A stretch of DNA of 64,000 bases from Lepidodermella squamata (Eukaryota; Animalia; Gastrotricha), in contig JBLDXI010000009.1 of NCBI GenBank assembly GCA_047495785.1, positions 4,836,001 to 4,900,000 of the forward strand, read 5' to 3'. The notes beneath the pieces were generated by a model. That model worked only from the letters and a program-made list of their open reading frames with translations. It searched no databases and was not told the origin of the DNA. Positions 62,700 through 64,000 of the stretch are shown one piece after another. Every line of letters begins with the position of its first letter. The stretch's first letter is position 1. Made by a program: the position numbers and the translations under genes.

Positions 62700-64000
62700 T
62701 ACGAAGCTCTCAAGGAACAGTAAGTGCGATTTTCTTCTGTTCATTTTTTAAGTGACGCGCTAAAGCTACCTATGGCGTGCCGTGAATGCCGCCATATACC
62801 CGAAAGGCGCGCGCGTGTCACCAATTCGATCAACCGATATTCGCGGCACGTGAGAATCAAAAATGGCCGCGTAATTAGCTTCATTCTCGCCCGCATTTAG
62901 CGAGTGAGTGATCGCACGCACGCGCGCGTCTAATTTCGCAAGTAATCGAGTGCAAAACGCCTGCTAATAACTGACAATCATCACATAAACAATTGCGCAT
63001 TCGCCCGAAGGGGCTGCCGGCGTAAACAACGAAACTGTACACATACCTTTCTTTGGCCATGATTATCGGCCCGGTGCACCGATAAAATGTGACGTTTTTA
63101 CACAAGGGCGCGGCCCTGACCGATTTACTCTTCGTTCTTTTAGGGAGGTGTCGCGCCGATATATATACATATATATAATAGTAAACAGTTTCTCCAACTG
63201 TTGTGAGCGCGTATAAAATATTCGCGTAAGGTGCGTAATCGAGGCTGTGCGCGCAAAAATATTTCGCGCGCTCTAGCGCGTGATATAAAAATCGCATAAA
63301 ATATGCCATGAATAAAAAGGTGTGGCCAGATATGTGTATATGTGTATATATGTGCGGTGTTTATTGTACCTTGCCTCATATAGGGGAAATATTCTATTAT
63401 CCTACATTACGACGACTGACCACTGCCCCCTTACTGTGTTGGCAACGTTGTCCTTAACAACGCGGACTATCGAGTCGCAGTAGTAGTAGCAGCAATAATA
63501 ATAATAATAACAGTGCGACTGCCACCGATCGCAGCCAATTTTTCAGTCTTGTGCGCCGCGATAATAATGCAGCGGTAAAATAACAATAACAATAATTCAT
63601 ATTTTATCGTATTTAATTTTTCCTAGCCAGGCCTTGAAACAAGGCCTAAAAACAGGCGGCTCTAGTGTTTCCGTGACCGGCCGCCACCCCCTGCCACTGC
63701 CATTAGTCGCGCGTTTTGCGCGTAAAAACTCGTGTGTGCGCAACGATTTTTCGCGCCCTCGCCTCCTCTCACTCCGTGCCGGCCGAGCGCTACCGAAAAC
63801 AGCCGGAAACGGGTGACGTGTTTTTCTAGCGGCGCTTAAATAGTCGCAATTATTTTGAAACTAACCAACGCATCCGGCCGGCCGACGTCTGACCACTTGT
63901 TATCGATGTAGTTATTAGCTGCTTCATTGTTTTCATCGGGACAAAGCAGCTCGGAATCCGTCCTCGTACGTCTAAATTCAATCCCGAGAAAGAGACGCGA
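62700..64000. promoter_or_regulatory. CpG/CGCG-rich non-coding block, possibly regulatory region of a gene outside the window
   Basis: CGCG-dense with TA-dinucleotide tracts; only spurious ORFs. Confidence 0.3.

Noticed and set aside
62881-63816. ORFs near the window end
   Set aside because: Arise from CGCG/TA-rich non-coding sequence; no coding signature

Overview
Eukaryotic (invertebrate animal-type) genomic DNA with short GT-AG introns (~50-200 nt), dominated by secreted and cell-surface gene families. (1) 1.0-21.0 kb: a same-strand tandem array of 17 intronless genes (one frameshifted) for small secreted proteins. They share a domain I do not recognise, [T/S]xxxCxxC(F/Y)G...C-x7-R-x7/8-C, in 2-, 4- and 5-Cys subfamilies. 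An 18th, intron-containing member lies at 42.4-42.8 kb on the minus strand. An apparently intact Mutator (MULE) transposon sits inside the array. (2) 27-34 kb: two Eph-like receptors lacking kinase and SAM domains. (3) 34-54 kb: four paralogous lectins in which a WSC domain is nested inside a C-type lectin domain; three are mucin-stalked membrane proteins and one is secreted. (4) Also present: a spliced multi-copy peptide precursor with R-EEE...EENAR spacers, an LBD-less nuclear receptor with a CEACKK P-box, a TA-flanked MITE, a pair of secreted cationic peptide genes, and two small single-pass membrane proteins, one carrying PPPY/PSAP motifs. All gene models were spliced by eye; no database searches were run.
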